IMG/VR virus record: IMGVR_UViG_3300036851_000176
Coordinates: 32,001-96,000 of that record
Reading direction: 5' to 3' (one strand)
Length of the DNA stretch: 64,000 bases
Source: a virus
Within the stretch, counting starts at the first letter, position 1; the number at the start of each line of letters is the position of its first letter. The notes under the pieces are model-generated. The model was not told where the DNA came from. It saw nothing but the letters and a program-made list of their open reading frames with translations, and did not search any database. This document shows, piece after piece, positions 8,840 through 19,335 of the stretch. A program made the position numbers and the translations under genes.

Positions 8840-9966
8840 AGCTCATACCATCCGGCTCCCCACAGCGTGTACAACTGCTTGAACCAGCGATCAAACTCCT
8901 TGCCGACCACTTCGAGGCTGTAGTTCTTCTCGGCGTACTTGCGGATCTGCGCGGGCTTGCACTTCTTGATCGCCTCTTCGGTGGCGTCCATCCCCTGCTT
9001 CAGCGTGCGGAAGCGCCGACCAGCTACCGGCTGCACGGTTTCCGCGAACGCGCCCCAGTCTGAGGCCACGACAGGCGTGCCAGAGAACATAGCCTCGACG
9101 GCCACTCCGCCGAACGGTTCGATGTAGATCGTTGGGACGATCACCGCTGCTGCACGAGACATCAAGTCAGCTCTCTGCTGAGCGCCCACCTCACCGGCGT
9201 AGAACAGATCTCCTTCCAGCCGACCTTCAGAATAGGCAATGTGATTAGGACCCCATTCCAGCGCGCCAGGTCCGGCGACAACGAGTTTGCGTCCAACTTG
9301 ACGAGCGATTTCAGCCGCGATGTGCGGCCCCTTTCGCTCGACAAGTCTCCCGATGTAAAGAAGGTAGTCGTCCTTCTTGTCCGAAACGTAGAAGTCGTCC
9401 GGATCGAAGAAGTTCGGGATCACTTGATCGAACGCCCGTCCGTTGATGAACTCTCGATTCTGGTGATAGACGCTCTGTTTGCCGTAGACGTGGTGCATCC
9501 ACGCATAGGACTCGAACGCACAGAATTTCGTGAAAATCCCCTCGTATCCAACGCCCCACTCGATCGCCAACAGGTTCGTCGCGTCAGCGATCGGCTTTTG
9601 ACAGTTACCACCGATGAGGAGAAGCAAATCTTGATCGTCTTGCACCCGCTCGCGAATCGCCGAGATGGCGCGATCGTTCATCGTTTTCCAGTAGATCTGG
9701 TTTGGATCCCAAATGAGAGGAGTCAGAACGGTGTCGAATCCTTCACCGCCAAACCAACCGGCTCTCTCTTCCTCGGTGATGAGCATGACATGCTCAGCCT
9801 GGTCGGCAGGAACCTCGTTCTGCTCACCGGCATAGAGGACGATGTCGTACATAGACGACATCATCTTGCAAAATTTGAGAACCTTCATGGTATACGCGCA
9901 ACTTAGATATTCCCTCGTTGTTGCGGTATGGGGAAGGCTCACCAGGTGCAACCTCTTCTTGCTCAT
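8836..9966 (-). CDS. GT4 family glycosyltransferase
   Basis: YIGRLVERKG, EPFGGVAVEAM (Ex7E); likely start MSKKR at 9966 after GAGGAG RBS. Confidence 0.92.
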   Translation of the reverse strand: MSKKRLHLVSLPHTATTREYLSCAYTMKVLKFCKMMSSMYDIVLYAGEQNEVPADQAEHVMLITEEERAGWFGGEGFDTVLTPLIWDPNQIYWKTMNDRAISAIRERVQDDQDLLLLIGGNCQKPIADATNLLAIEWGVGYEGIFTKFCAFESYAWMHHVYGKQSVYHQNREFINGRAFDQVIPNFFDPDDFYVSDKKDDYLLYIGRLVERKGPHIAAEIARQVGRKLVVAGPGALEWGPNHIAYSEGRLEGDLFYAGEVGAQQRADLMSRAAAVIVPTIYIEPFGGVAVEAMFSGTPVVASDWGAFAETVQPVAGRRFRTLKQGMDATEEAIKKCKPAQIRKYAEKNYSLEVVGKEFDRWFKQLYTLWGAGWYEL

Positions 9967-9994
9967 CCGCACTCCTCGAACTCGTGAAGTCGCA

Positions 9995-10687
9995 TCATGC
10001 AACCTGAGAAAAGCCGAATTGTCTTTGAACAGATGGGTGTTTGGTTTCATCAGCGACGAAGTTTGCGTCCGTTCCTTGCTTGATGAGATGACGACCGTTG
10101 CCCGAAAAGTCAGGTAGTGGAGCGGCCATGCCGTAGATCGGCGCGTAGATCATCAAACCCGATCGACGAATGAGAAGAGGAGAAACTCCCTTGTAGAGAA
10201 GACCGATCTGCGCATCCGTAAGAATTGCGTTCCAGAGAGAAAACTCAGCAATCCATCCTGCCATCCCTGATCCGGCGGAACCGCCAGAGTAGGCGTTGGC
10301 AACTCCCAACGCAACCGGCCCATCGTTAACTCCTCCAGTTCCATCTCCAGAAGTGGTCTGAATGACTCCATCCAGAGCACATGTGATCTCGTCACTTCCA
10401 CGTCTGCCGACGATGTGATGCCAAGCGTTCAGGGTAACCGCCGTCGAGTGCATCTTGTTCGGGTGCCCAGAGTTTGTCTTGGCCCCGAACTGAACTTGGT
10501 TTGTCCCTCCGCCCACACCGGCGTCCAGGTTCCAGCGCGGCTCACCTCCGCCTGGGTTCTTGCGAACCAACATCCCTGCTGTGGTCATGTAGACCCAAAT
10601 AGACACTGTGATGTTGCTGTCTACCTGCCAAGTGGTGTCGGTAGTGCCGAACCCCTTGTCGTTTCCTCCGGGAACTTTCCAGGACAT
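9995..10687 (-). CDS. LamG/ConA-like domain protein
   Basis: ITVSIWV, WHHIVG, LDGV, GWIAEFSLWN.ILT..QI. Confidence 0.85.
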   Translation of the reverse strand: MSWKVPGGNDKGFGTTDTTWQVDSNITVSIWVYMTTAGMLVRKNPGGGEPRWNLDAGVGGGTNQVQFGAKTNSGHPNKMHSTAVTLNAWHHIVGRRGSDEITCALDGVIQTTSGDGTGGVNDGPVALGVANAYSGGSAGSGMAGWIAEFSLWNAILTDAQIGLLYKGVSPLLIRRSGLMIYAPIYGMAAPLPDFSGNGRHLIKQGTDANFVADETKHPSVQRQFGFSQVA

Positions 10688-11545
10688 TTAGTTCACATCA
10701 CAGACCAGCCAAGCACCGTGCAGTTCAGTGTTGACTGTCAGATCGTCATTGGCGTGAGCGCCATCGTGTTTCACTTGGACAATGAGAAGGTCTCCGGCAG
10801 AAGGAGCGTTTGTAAGTGTAAAGGTAACCTTCTTGCGAAGACGAGCAGTCGCCGGAACGGTGATGTCCTGAGCAGTTTCGGCTGTCAACGTCGCCGGATT
10901 AAGGGATCCTCCATCAGCTACGTTCTTGCTCAGAACAATCAAACGTGTCACACCGGAAGTAGCGTTCGCACTGATTTCAAGCACGATCTTCGCAGCCGGA
11001 GTTGCGGCGAGATTCTCTGGCACGCGCACTCGTCCAAAAAGGTTGCCCAACACATCCTTCGTAAATTCCCAGTGCCAGTTCTCGTAAGCGGTCAGGACAG
11101 AAGCCGTTGGGAATACGTTTCCTTGGTTCGCATTTTGCTCAGGATTCTGAAGATCGATCGGTCGATCTTCGGTATGGGTGGCAGCGCCCGCACCCGTCGC
11201 TCCTGCGGGTCCGGTTGCTCCAGTGGATCCAACACCTCCTGATGCGCCAGTGGCTCCTGTTGCCCCAGCGGCTCCGGCTGATCCGGCTGTTCCGGTTGCT
11301 CCTGTTGATCCTTGTGGACCCGTGGCTCCCGTGTTTCCGTCAATTCCGTCTGTTCCATCCGCACCAGTCGGGCCTGTTGTTCCTTGCGGGCCAGTTGCTC
11401 CTGTTGCCCCAGCAGATCCGTTCGACCCTGCTGGTCCTGTTGCGCCCGTAACTCCCGCACCCGTCGCTCCCGTCGCACCAGTGGCACCATCTCCTGAGCC
11501 GCCCAGTGGCCCTCGGAGTTGCTCGTTGTCAATAAGAGTCGCCAT
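10688..11545 (-). CDS. Collagen-like fibre with C-terminal beta-sandwich domain
   Basis: GAT-rich G-X-Y run followed by ~160-aa globular domain. Confidence 0.88.
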   Translation of the reverse strand: MATLIDNEQLRGPLGGSGDGATGATGATGAGVTGATGPAGSNGSAGATGATGPQGTTGPTGADGTDGIDGNTGATGPQGSTGATGTAGSAGAAGATGATGASGGVGSTGATGPAGATGAGAATHTEDRPIDLQNPEQNANQGNVFPTASVLTAYENWHWEFTKDVLGNLFGRVRVPENLAATPAAKIVLEISANATSGVTRLIVLSKNVADGGSLNPATLTAETAQDITVPATARLRKKVTFTLTNAPSAGDLLIVQVKHDGAHANDDLTVNTELHGAWLVCDVN

Positions 11546-11560
11546 TTCTAGATCATACCT

Positions 11561-12541
11561 CTACCACGAAATCACAATGACTTCGCCACGAGCGCCAGCG
11601 CCGCCCACTGCGGACCCTGACGTTCCGGTGCCCGCCCCACCGCCACCGCCGCCGGGGATTCCTCCCGCTCCTCCTGTTGCTCCGGTACCTGATTTCCCGT
11701 TTCCGCCACCCCCGCCACCGTTAGCCAATCCCGTGCCGGTACGGGACGCTGGTGTTCCTCCTGGGTCTCCTGCGTTTCCCCCATCCCCGGCAGTTCCAGT
11801 GACGGCAAAGTGAGATCCACCGCCTGAATCTCCCACAGATGCACTGTCATTCCCCCCGCCGCCGCCACCGCCTCCGCCATACTGAGAGATGCAAGCACTT
11901 CCGATATTTCCACTTGAACCTCCTCCGCCGCCGAAGACGGGGATGCCCATGGCTTGCCCGATAGAGTAGTCTCCTCTTCGTCCGCTTGACCCACCGAACA
12001 TGGAAGCAGGCATGTTGGCTTGACCCGCAACTCCTGCGCCGCCTCCGGGTCCTCCACCCGCTCCCGGAGTAATGGTCGCATTGTTAGTTGATCCGTTTCC
12101 TCCGACCCCAAATCGTCCGCCCCCGCCTCCGCCAGCGCCCTGAGCGGTTCCACCACCGCCGCCACCCGCTCCGCCCCCAAACGCTTTGATCCAGTTTCCG
12201 AATGATGATGGATTTCCTGCTGTTCCCGCCGCGCTTCCTGTTCCTCCAGCTGCCTGAGCGCCGACCGTGACAGACTCGGTAACTGCTAGTGAAGACGTGG
12301 ATACCAATAGCCCAGCCCAGGCTCCGCCTCCACCTCCGCCTCCGCCTCTCGTGGTAGTTGTTCCGCCTCCTCCACCACCACCTCCGATGCAGATGATGTA
12401 TGACCAACGTGCGCCGAGCGGACGAATCCAAGTTCCGTTTCCAGTGAACACCTGAACATCGACCCCTTGACCAGCATTTTTTCCCATTAGTCGGGAGTCG
12501 AGAATTTCAAGAAGCCAAGGTGGTGGTGTGATGTTCTGCAT
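11561..12541 (-). CDS. Glycine-rich virion protein
   Basis: DVQVFTGNGTW.RP...CIGGGGGGG...GARGEVIVISW. Confidence 0.85.
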   Translation of the reverse strand: MQNITPPPWLLEILDSRLMGKNAGQGVDVQVFTGNGTWIRPLGARWSYIICIGGGGGGGGTTTTRGGGGGGGGAWAGLLVSTSSLAVTESVTVGAQAAGGTGSAAGTAGNPSSFGNWIKAFGGGAGGGGGGTAQGAGGGGGGRFGVGGNGSTNNATITPGAGGGPGGGAGVAGQANMPASMFGGSSGRRGDYSIGQAMGIPVFGGGGGSSGNIGSACISQYGGGGGGGGGNDSASVGDSGGGSHFAVTGTAGDGGNAGDPGGTPASRTGTGLANGGGGGGNGKSGTGATGGAGGIPGGGGGGAGTGTSGSAVGGAGARGEVIVISW

Positions 12542-12547
12542 CGCGTC

Positions 12548-13513
12548 TTACCAGCAAATGACGATCACTTCGCCGCGACCTCCTGAGCCACTGACGCCAC
12601 CCGTCGTCGTTCCAGCCCCTCCGCCACCACCGCCACCCCCTGGAACCTGTCCGCTGCCTCCAATTCCTCCTGTGGTGGTGCTACCACCTCCGCCACCGCC
12701 ACCAGATCCCGCTAGACCAGATCCCGTTCTTGACGCAGGAGTCGTTCCATTTGCTCCGGTAGCGCCACCGGCGCCGCCTCCTCCGACGTTAGTGGTTGGT
12801 ACTCCACCACTTCCTCCTCCGGCGCCGCCAGAGACCGCTGCGTTTCCTCCTCCTGATCCTCCCCCTCCTCCGCCAAACACGGATGCCCCGGCCGAGTTAC
12901 CGGCCGCACCGGAAGCGCATCCTGCCCCGCCGCCACCGCCGTAATGGGGCACGCCCAGGTTCGTGGTAAGAAATGCCGTGCTGCTGGTTTGCCCTGCCCC
13001 TCCACCTCCGACTCCTGTGGGCATAGCTCCAGCCGCAGTAGCTCCCCCAGGGTTACCACCCGCGCCACCCGCTGTAGATCCGACAGACCCTCCGCCCTGT
13101 AGTCCTCCGCCGCCACCACCCCCAGATGTTGTGGATGATCCACCAGCGCCGCCTCCCCCGCCACCACCAGCCTGCAACCATCCTCCGAACGATGAAGTTC
13201 CTCCAGCCCCTCCTGCGCTGTTTGCAGCAGCATTTGAACCAGCCGCTCCGACCGTAACGGATTCGGTAACGCCTAGAGAGGAAACAAGAACAAGAGCATC
13301 CTGTCTAGCTCCACCTCCACCTCCACCCCCACCGGAGCCTGTTCCGGATCGACCACCACCACCTCCACCGCCGCCTCCGATACAGATGATCCATGCCCAG
13401 CGCTTTCCGAGCGGTCTCGTCCATGTACCGCTGATGGTGAAAACCTGAACGTCAACCTCGTCGAGCGATCCGAGGTTCGCGTCGAACAGACCCAGTGCTG
13501 GCTGCTTAGCCAA
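12548..13513 (-). CDS. Glycine-rich virion protein (paralog of 11561..12541)
   Basis: DVQVFTISGTW.RP...CIGGGGGG...GGRGEVIVICW; TTG start. Confidence 0.85.
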   Translation of the reverse strand: MAKQPALGLFDANLGSLDEVDVQVFTISGTWTRPLGKRWAWIICIGGGGGGGGGRSGTGSGGGGGGGGARQDALVLVSSLGVTESVTVGAAGSNAAANSAGGAGGTSSFGGWLQAGGGGGGGAGGSSTTSGGGGGGGLQGGGSVGSTAGGAGGNPGGATAAGAMPTGVGGGGAGQTSSTAFLTTNLGVPHYGGGGGAGCASGAAGNSAGASVFGGGGGGSGGGNAAVSGGAGGGSGGVPTTNVGGGGAGGATGANGTTPASRTGSGLAGSGGGGGGGSTTTGGIGGSGQVPGGGGGGGGAGTTTGGVSGSGGRGEVIVICW

Positions 13514-13516
13514 GGC

Positions 13517-13834
13517 TTAACTCTGATCGAGACCGGATACCGTGAGAGTCAAACCAGTCCCGCCCGTGTTCGCCTGAAGAGTTTCAGTTCCAGCCATGAC
13601 AATGAAGCAATCATGATTGAGAATTCCGCCTGCTGGAATCGAGATTTGAGGGATGATGAGGTTGGCGTCAAGAACTCCACCGATTCCCAACTTGAAGAGA
13701 ATTGCGGCAGCACTCCCGTTCACAACTCGGATGTTCCGCAGCGTATAGGTATGTCCAGTTGTTCCAGTAAACGGTGTGCTCGTACCGCTGGCGAGGTTCG
13801 CAGGTCCGAAGATTCGTGAAAGGATGTTAGGCAT
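13517..13834 (-). CDS. Small beta-sandwich virion protein
   Basis: LRNIRVVN...ISIPAGG...ETLQA...LTVSG pattern common in phage fibre clusters. Confidence 0.75.
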   Translation of the reverse strand: MPNILSRIFGPANLASGTSTPFTGTTGHTYTLRNIRVVNGSAAAILFKLGIGGVLDANLIIPQISIPAGGILNHDCFIVMAGTETLQANTGGTGLTLTVSGLDQS

Positions 13835-13857
13835 AGCGGTATCTTAACAGCCCGGAA

Positions 13858-15423
13858 TCATGAGATGGCCCATTGAGTAGCGAAATCCGCTGCTCCTGTT
13901 GCTCCAACGGGTCCGGTCGCTCCTGTCGCGCCCGCAACACCGGCCGGTCCAGTTGATCCGGTCGCTCCAGCGGTTCCTGTAGCACCAGCAGGACCGGTGG
14001 CTCCCGTTGCACCGTCGAATCCATCGTCTCCATCTGCTCCGCTCGCTCCCACCGGGCCTGTCGCTCCTGTTACTCCTGCTCCCGTTGCCCCGGTCGCCCC
14101 TACTGCACCAGCCGAACCAGTGGCTCCTGTGGCACCAGCCGCGCCCGCCGATCCTGCCGAGCCAGTTGCTCCTGTGGCTCCCGCTGTACCTGCGCCCGTC
14201 GCACCGGTTGCTCCAAGTGAAACAGTCGCCATCGCAAACTGGTATGTCGCCAGAAGTGTGTCTCCCGTTAGAGGGGCCGTAACAAATGTGATCGTGCTTC
14301 CGGACAGCGTGTAGTCTGCGCCACCAGCGCTCTGAAGAACTCCGTTGCGGTACAACTCCAGAGTTGTGCTTGGAGTCGGAGAATTTGCCAGCGTGTACAT
14401 GACGTTGGCTCCATTGATTGCGCCTCCGGGCGTCTCGTTCCAGATGATGTTGGCTGCTGAGAGTGCTCCCGTCGCTCCTGTGGATCCGTCAATCCCATCT
14501 GTTCCATCTACTCCCGCCGGACCGACAGGGCCAGTGGCGCCCGAGGCCCCGATGTCACCGGTTGGACCTGTTGCGCCTGTGGCGCCATTTGCGCCCGTGG
14601 CGCCCGTAGCACCGTCAATTCCGTCAATTCCGTCAATGCCCGCTGGCCCCGTTGCTCCGGTCGCTCCACCCGATCCTGTGGCGCCTGTGGCTCCGGCCGA
14701 TCCAGCCGCGCCAGTAGCTCCCGTCGCTCCGTCCACTCCCGTTCCGGTACCTCCGCCTCCGCCCGCTCCTCCAACAACCATGCTGGTCGGGCCGGGAGCG
14801 CCAATCGGGCCAGGGTCTCCTCGACGGGCTACGAGTTGCCAGTATTCGTTCGAGCGCTTGTTGTCGGCGGCGGGATCAATTCCCGCTGGAACATCCTTCT
14901 TCGGCTGATACGTGCTACCGAGACGGAAGACAAGAGGAGCAAGGGCCTTGTACTCGTCCTTGCGATTCCACGTTACGACTTCAGGGAACTCTCCAGCGGG
15001 TCCGGTCGCTCCATCCGCACCGGGCGCTCCGTCAGCGCCGTCACGACCATCCTTTCCATCCGCTCCGTCCCGACCGGCCGGTCCCGTCGCACCGGGCGTC
15101 CCATCTTCACCGTCCTTGCCATCTGCTCCGGTCGATCCCTTCGGTCCCTGCGGCCCAGTTTCTCCCTTCGGCCCCTGCGCTCCCGTTGGACCTCGACGAC
15201 CGGTCGGACCGAAGAACCCCTGCGGTCCAGGAGGGCCTTCGCCTCCCGGAGGTCCTTCTGGCCCGGTCGCGCCGGGAGGTCCAGTCGGCCCGACATCTCC
15301 TGGATCGCCCTTCTTGCCCGGAGCGCCGAACTGACCCGCAGGGCCGGTAGCGCCTGTCGCGCCGGTCTCTCCGGGCTTGGGGGCGACCACACGAGTTGGA
15401 ATCGTGTAGTTCTTCTTACCCAT
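13858..15423 (-). CDS. Multi-segment collagen-like fibre protein
   Basis: Three G-X-Y segments separated by a CBM5/12-like knob and a WNETP...LLATYQ domain. Confidence 0.9.
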   Translation of the reverse strand: MGKKNYTIPTRVVAPKPGETGATGATGPAGQFGAPGKKGDPGDVGPTGPPGATGPEGPPGGEGPPGPQGFFGPTGRRGPTGAQGPKGETGPQGPKGSTGADGKDGEDGTPGATGPAGRDGADGKDGRDGADGAPGADGATGPAGEFPEVVTWNRKDEYKALAPLVFRLGSTYQPKKDVPAGIDPAADNKRSNEYWQLVARRGDPGPIGAPGPTSMVVGGAGGGGGTGTGVDGATGATGAAGSAGATGATGSGGATGATGPAGIDGIDGIDGATGATGANGATGATGPTGDIGASGATGPVGPAGVDGTDGIDGSTGATGALSAANIIWNETPGGAINGANVMYTLANSPTPSTTLELYRNGVLQSAGGADYTLSGSTITFVTAPLTGDTLLATYQFAMATVSLGATGATGAGTAGATGATGSAGSAGAAGATGATGSAGAVGATGATGAGVTGATGPVGASGADGDDGFDGATGATGPAGATGTAGATGSTGPAGVAGATGATGPVGATGAADFATQWAIS

Positions 15424-15455
15424 TTTCCACGACCTTCCCCAGGCCGGGAATCACT

Positions 15456-17375
15456 TTAACCGCCCCCGTCATCGGGAGCGGTTTCCTCTGGGTCTGGAGC
15501 GATGGGAACACCATCGATGTTCACAGTGGTGTCCGGGACGTGGACATGAATGTCTGGTTCTTTGCGAGAGAAGAATGCCTTGACAGCCTCCATGAACCCG
15601 CGACGCTCTTCGGCATCTCGCTCGATCAAAGCGCGATCTTCTTCGGACAATCCGATCGGCTTCTCTTCCAGATCTGGATTCTGAACAGTAACGTTCACGA
15701 CCGGATCACGATTGAGAAGGCGAGATAGCAAACCGCTGAAACGGTTGAAGTCGCCATCGATCTTCTCCGACAGTTCGACGCTCTTGCTTTCCACAACCTC
15801 GCCAGCGACCTCTCGAATCCTGTCCTCCAGTCCGACCTTAATCTCTTCGATCTCCTCTTCCTTGAAATAGCGACCATTCTCGTCCACGCCAGCGAAGTTT
15901 CCGCGAGCGCTCTGGGGAGGTGGCTTCATCGACTGGAGATGCTCGATCAGGTCCTCCTGCTGCTTCTTCGCCTCGATTGGATTCAGGATCGGTACGCCTA
16001 GTCGCTTCAGAAGTTCACGAATGTCCACGGACGCGAGTTCTGCGGGAGCATTCTGCGCGAGCGCCTGCACGATCGCGCGACCCGTTTCCACATCCTGATC
16101 CTCGAAGCCGGTCGTGACGATCTCACACGTTGGTCCGCCAGGACCGAAGTTCGCTTCGAGCAACTGCGGGATCATGTAGCGGTTGATCTGGTCATCGATC
16201 TCGGCCTTGATGATCGCCTGCCCGTCCTCAAAGGTCGAACCAAGAGTGGCTGCGACGTTGCGCGATGATGTTCCGCCCTTGCCCTCGAAGAATGCCTGCT
16301 CCGGAACCATGAGCGCTCGGAGGCGAGATACGTCGAGATACTCAAACGACTCATTCAACGCGTCGAAGTTCGTGTTGACTTCCATGTGCTTCAGTTCCCA
16401 CGAACGGAGGTTGAGGGTGCGTCCATCCATCTGACTCTCGACAGCGCTACTCGGCAGCGAAACATTTGCGCCAGAGCGGAGTTTCTCGGCGAGACCCAGA
16501 GCCTCCTGCGTGAAGTTGCGAGGGTTGCCCTCGTCGTCAGTCGCGAGTTCGGTTGGGTGATACGCGATCACCGGCGGATCGGCCCACTTCTCGAATGCTC
16601 GGTCAGCCAAGCCGAAGCGATACCAGTACGCCCACCAGAATCGGTATGCGTAACCCAGGCGCGGCCAGCCATAGAGGGAGCCGAACACGGAGTCCTTCTC
16701 GTTGGTCGCCCAGAGCGCCCAGTCGAGACCAATCTTTCCGTCTGAATCTGCTTTCTCCTCGAATGGGAACCGGGACCCTGCCTGCGTGTTTCGGTAGTTG
16801 ATCCCTGCGAAGTTTCCATCTGCGTCCCATGCTGGAGTGACGTGGCGCGGGTTGAGAGGACTGAACGGTTTCCAGAGCAGAGGATCAGCGCTCGAACTCC
16901 AGACTCTTACCTCCTGCGCGTCCGGTCCATTTCCGCTCAGGTAGACCCAATCGACCGGAGCGCGCTCGAAGTTCTTGACCATGGCCTGAAAGCCGAAATC
17001 GAGACTGCCTCCGTACTGGAGGATGAAGCGGCCGTAGATCCTGCGCAGCGCTCCGTCGATGAACGCGGCTCGACGAGGGTCTGTACTCTTGATGTACCAG
17101 TTGGCGCGAGCGAGATACGCCTTGATGAACGATAGTCCGAACGAGAGGATCGGATCACGACGCATCTGTTCCAGGTCGCCGATCGTGACCTTCGTAGCAT
17201 CCGGGGTGCGTCCACCAGCTCGGAAAATATCGCCCCCAGTCTTCCACCGAGAGGTCGAGGAGGCGGTGCTAGGTCCCTTGTCAGCGGCCAGACGGTCTCT
17301 CAGCCGCTCACGGGCCTCTTCGCTATCACCTTCCGCGAAGTGTGCTCCGCCCACGCTGAGGTCGTCATCTGGCAT
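15456..17375 (-). CDS. Portal protein (Mu gp29/DUF935-like)
   Basis: Follows TerL; YG.PRLGYAYRFWW, FEKWADPP, INRYMIPQLLEANFG; start MPDDDL after GGGAGG RBS. Confidence 0.85.
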   Translation of the reverse strand: MPDDDLSVGGAHFAEGDSEEARERLRDRLAADKGPSTASSTSRWKTGGDIFRAGGRTPDATKVTIGDLEQMRRDPILSFGLSFIKAYLARANWYIKSTDPRRAAFIDGALRRIYGRFILQYGGSLDFGFQAMVKNFERAPVDWVYLSGNGPDAQEVRVWSSSADPLLWKPFSPLNPRHVTPAWDADGNFAGINYRNTQAGSRFPFEEKADSDGKIGLDWALWATNEKDSVFGSLYGWPRLGYAYRFWWAYWYRFGLADRAFEKWADPPVIAYHPTELATDDEGNPRNFTQEALGLAEKLRSGANVSLPSSAVESQMDGRTLNLRSWELKHMEVNTNFDALNESFEYLDVSRLRALMVPEQAFFEGKGGTSSRNVAATLGSTFEDGQAIIKAEIDDQINRYMIPQLLEANFGPGGPTCEIVTTGFEDQDVETGRAIVQALAQNAPAELASVDIRELLKRLGVPILNPIEAKKQQEDLIEHLQSMKPPPQSARGNFAGVDENGRYFKEEEIEEIKVGLEDRIREVAGEVVESKSVELSEKIDGDFNRFSGLLSRLLNRDPVVNVTVQNPDLEEKPIGLSEEDRALIERDAEERRGFMEAVKAFFSRKEPDIHVHVPDTTVNIDGVPIAPDPEETAPDDGGG

Positions 17376-17478
17376 GCGAAAGCCTCCCAGGGTCACGGGA
17401 GGCCATGGGTACTCCCTGGTTTTGCCAGTGGGTGATGTTCGAACACTCCGATCGAATTGCTAGCCACGAAAGTGTACA

Positions 17479-19335
17479 TCATCGAGGCGTAGGCCAGCCC
17501 GGTGGTCTGGGGAAATTCGTGCTTCGAGCCGGTTCCCCGCCTCCTGGGAGATACCTGCTCGGACCGGATCCGGTTCCGGTACTTCCTCCGTATCCTGATT
17601 CTCCCGCTCCTGTTGGCGCCGCTGCGGACTGCTGGCTGCGCTTGATCGTTCGCACATTTGCGATCAGATAGCGCGTCGCGTCTACTGCATGATCGAAGTC
17701 TTTGACGGGTCGATCCGGAATGTCAATCTGTCCCGGCTTTGGGTCGGGGTTGTGCCAGACCTCGATCTCGTCGCAGAGCATGTCGCAGCGCGTCACGTCC
17801 ACGTAGAACTGGTTCTCTTCGATGAGGTCGCGCCAGTAGGTCGTGTGCAGATCTACGTCCTTCGTGGCGTAGTTGACCAACGGGATAGGAGGGTCATGCG
17901 CTCTCCATTCGAGCATCGCTCCGCGAGCCTGCACGTCATAGAAGAAGCGCTTGATGTGGAACTCAGGGAATCGCATCTTCCAGTATCCGATTCGCTTGAT
18001 CACCAGATCCGCCATCTTCGATGGGGCGAGGTTGGCCTTGTAGATCTCGTCGAACACAACGTGCGATCCTGCGGGAAGAACGATCGCTGGCTCCTCTCTA
18101 TCGGCCTGGTGGAAGCCAAGCACGATCACCGGCTTGTTGAGCACCTGGACGAACTCAATAGCTGTTGGGTTCGTTCCTCCGAAGTCCACGCTCGCGAAGA
18201 CCATTCCATTCGATGGATCGGGCATGAAATGTCGGATGCCATGACGTTGGCGGTCGAAGTCAGGGAGTCTCAGACCAGATGCGGACGGGCGCGAGCACTC
18301 CTGCTGAGCCTCCCACACGTCCCTGGTCGTCGTTCGGAAAGTCTTATGGAGGTCTCCAAGCGGGAGCCATCCTCTGCTACGCGCGAGGCGACCATTACAC
18401 ACGTCCTCGAACGTGCGGTCCTCGCCCGATTCCCACTTGCCCTTGACAACACGATTGCATTCACACTTCTCCTCTTCGGGGAGATCTGGATACGCCTTGC
18501 GGCAGTTGGGCACTTCCTGAGCGCACTCGAAGATGCACCAGGTGTAGAGACGATACGGAGGATCGAAGCCCGCCTTCTCCGCGTCGCGGATTTCGTTGAG
18601 AAGCGTCTGCATCGGACCGTGCGCGCGCTTTCGTGTTGACGTAATAAGGTCTTGCGCTCGATTGCCGCCCTTGGACAGAGAGATGTTCCGTGACTCCTGG
18701 AACACGCCAGGCTTCATGAGTTCCTGCTCGTCAACGTGGCAATGAGGGTGATGCGGCCCGTTCACCGCAGCCTCGGTGCCAGGAACGATCTCGACCTTCG
18801 CCCCGTTGTTGAAAATCGTCTCTGACATGAGGCACTTCTCTACGTCGGGATGATCTTCGGCCTGCTGAACCTTACCGTCAGTCTTGATCAATTCAGTCAG
18901 TCGGTCGTAACAGCGACCGGCGTGCTCAAGAATGGCCCCGACGCTGATTCCATCGCAGCCCTTGAACTTAGCGCTGAGCATGTGCCACAGTGCGGCCATC
19001 TGCGTCTTCGATCCGCCACGGTTCGTCATCCAGAGCGCTGAATAGTCGCGTTCGAAGTAGAGATTGCTGAACGCCTCGAACGGAGATTGATGTTCAGGAC
19101 ACACGCGCGTGCGGGGAATGTCTAGCCCATATGTGTCCAGAATGTAAGCGTGTAATTCGTCGTCAGTCTGCGGCCCTTTCGCCGACTTCCAACTCTGGTA
19201 GGCCAGCAGGCAGTCGTCCTGCTGATCCGTTGTCAATGACGGAAAACTCTCCGTCCAGAATTTCTCCGCCCTCGGACGATCCGAGGCCAAGATCCCGAAG
19301 AACTCCGGCCAAGAGATCTGTTCGTTGCTGATCAT
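17479..19335 (-). CDS. terL: Terminase large subunit
   Basis: NRGGSKT Walker A, HVDEQE Walker B, TST, nuclease SVDFGGTNP...VFDEIY...DHAVDATRY. Confidence 0.92.
   Translation of the reverse strand: MISNEQISWPEFFGILASDRPRAEKFWTESFPSLTTDQQDDCLLAYQSWKSAKGPQTDDELHAYILDTYGLDIPRTRVCPEHQSPFEAFSNLYFERDYSALWMTNRGGSKTQMAALWHMLSAKFKGCDGISVGAILEHAGRCYDRLTELIKTDGKVQQAEDHPDVEKCLMSETIFNNGAKVEIVPGTEAAVNGPHHPHCHVDEQELMKPGVFQESRNISLSKGGNRAQDLITSTRKRAHGPMQTLLNEIRDAEKAGFDPPYRLYTWCIFECAQEVPNCRKAYPDLPEEEKCECNRVVKGKWESGEDRTFEDVCNGRLARSRGWLPLGDLHKTFRTTTRDVWEAQQECSRPSASGLRLPDFDRQRHGIRHFMPDPSNGMVFASVDFGGTNPTAIEFVQVLNKPVIVLGFHQADREEPAIVLPAGSHVVFDEIYKANLAPSKMADLVIKRIGYWKMRFPEFHIKRFFYDVQARGAMLEWRAHDPPIPLVNYATKDVDLHTTYWRDLIEENQFYVDVTRCDMLCDEIEVWHNPDPKPGQIDIPDRPVKDFDHAVDATRYLIANVRTIKRSQQSAAAPTGAGESGYGGSTGTGSGPSRYLPGGGEPARSTNFPRPPGWPTPR

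Noticed and set aside
4484-15423. Repetitive GGxGCxACx DNA as a CRISPR array or tandem repeat
   Set aside because: Repeats are degenerate at third codon positions and encode collagen or poly-Gly; no fixed repeat-spacer structure and no cas operon
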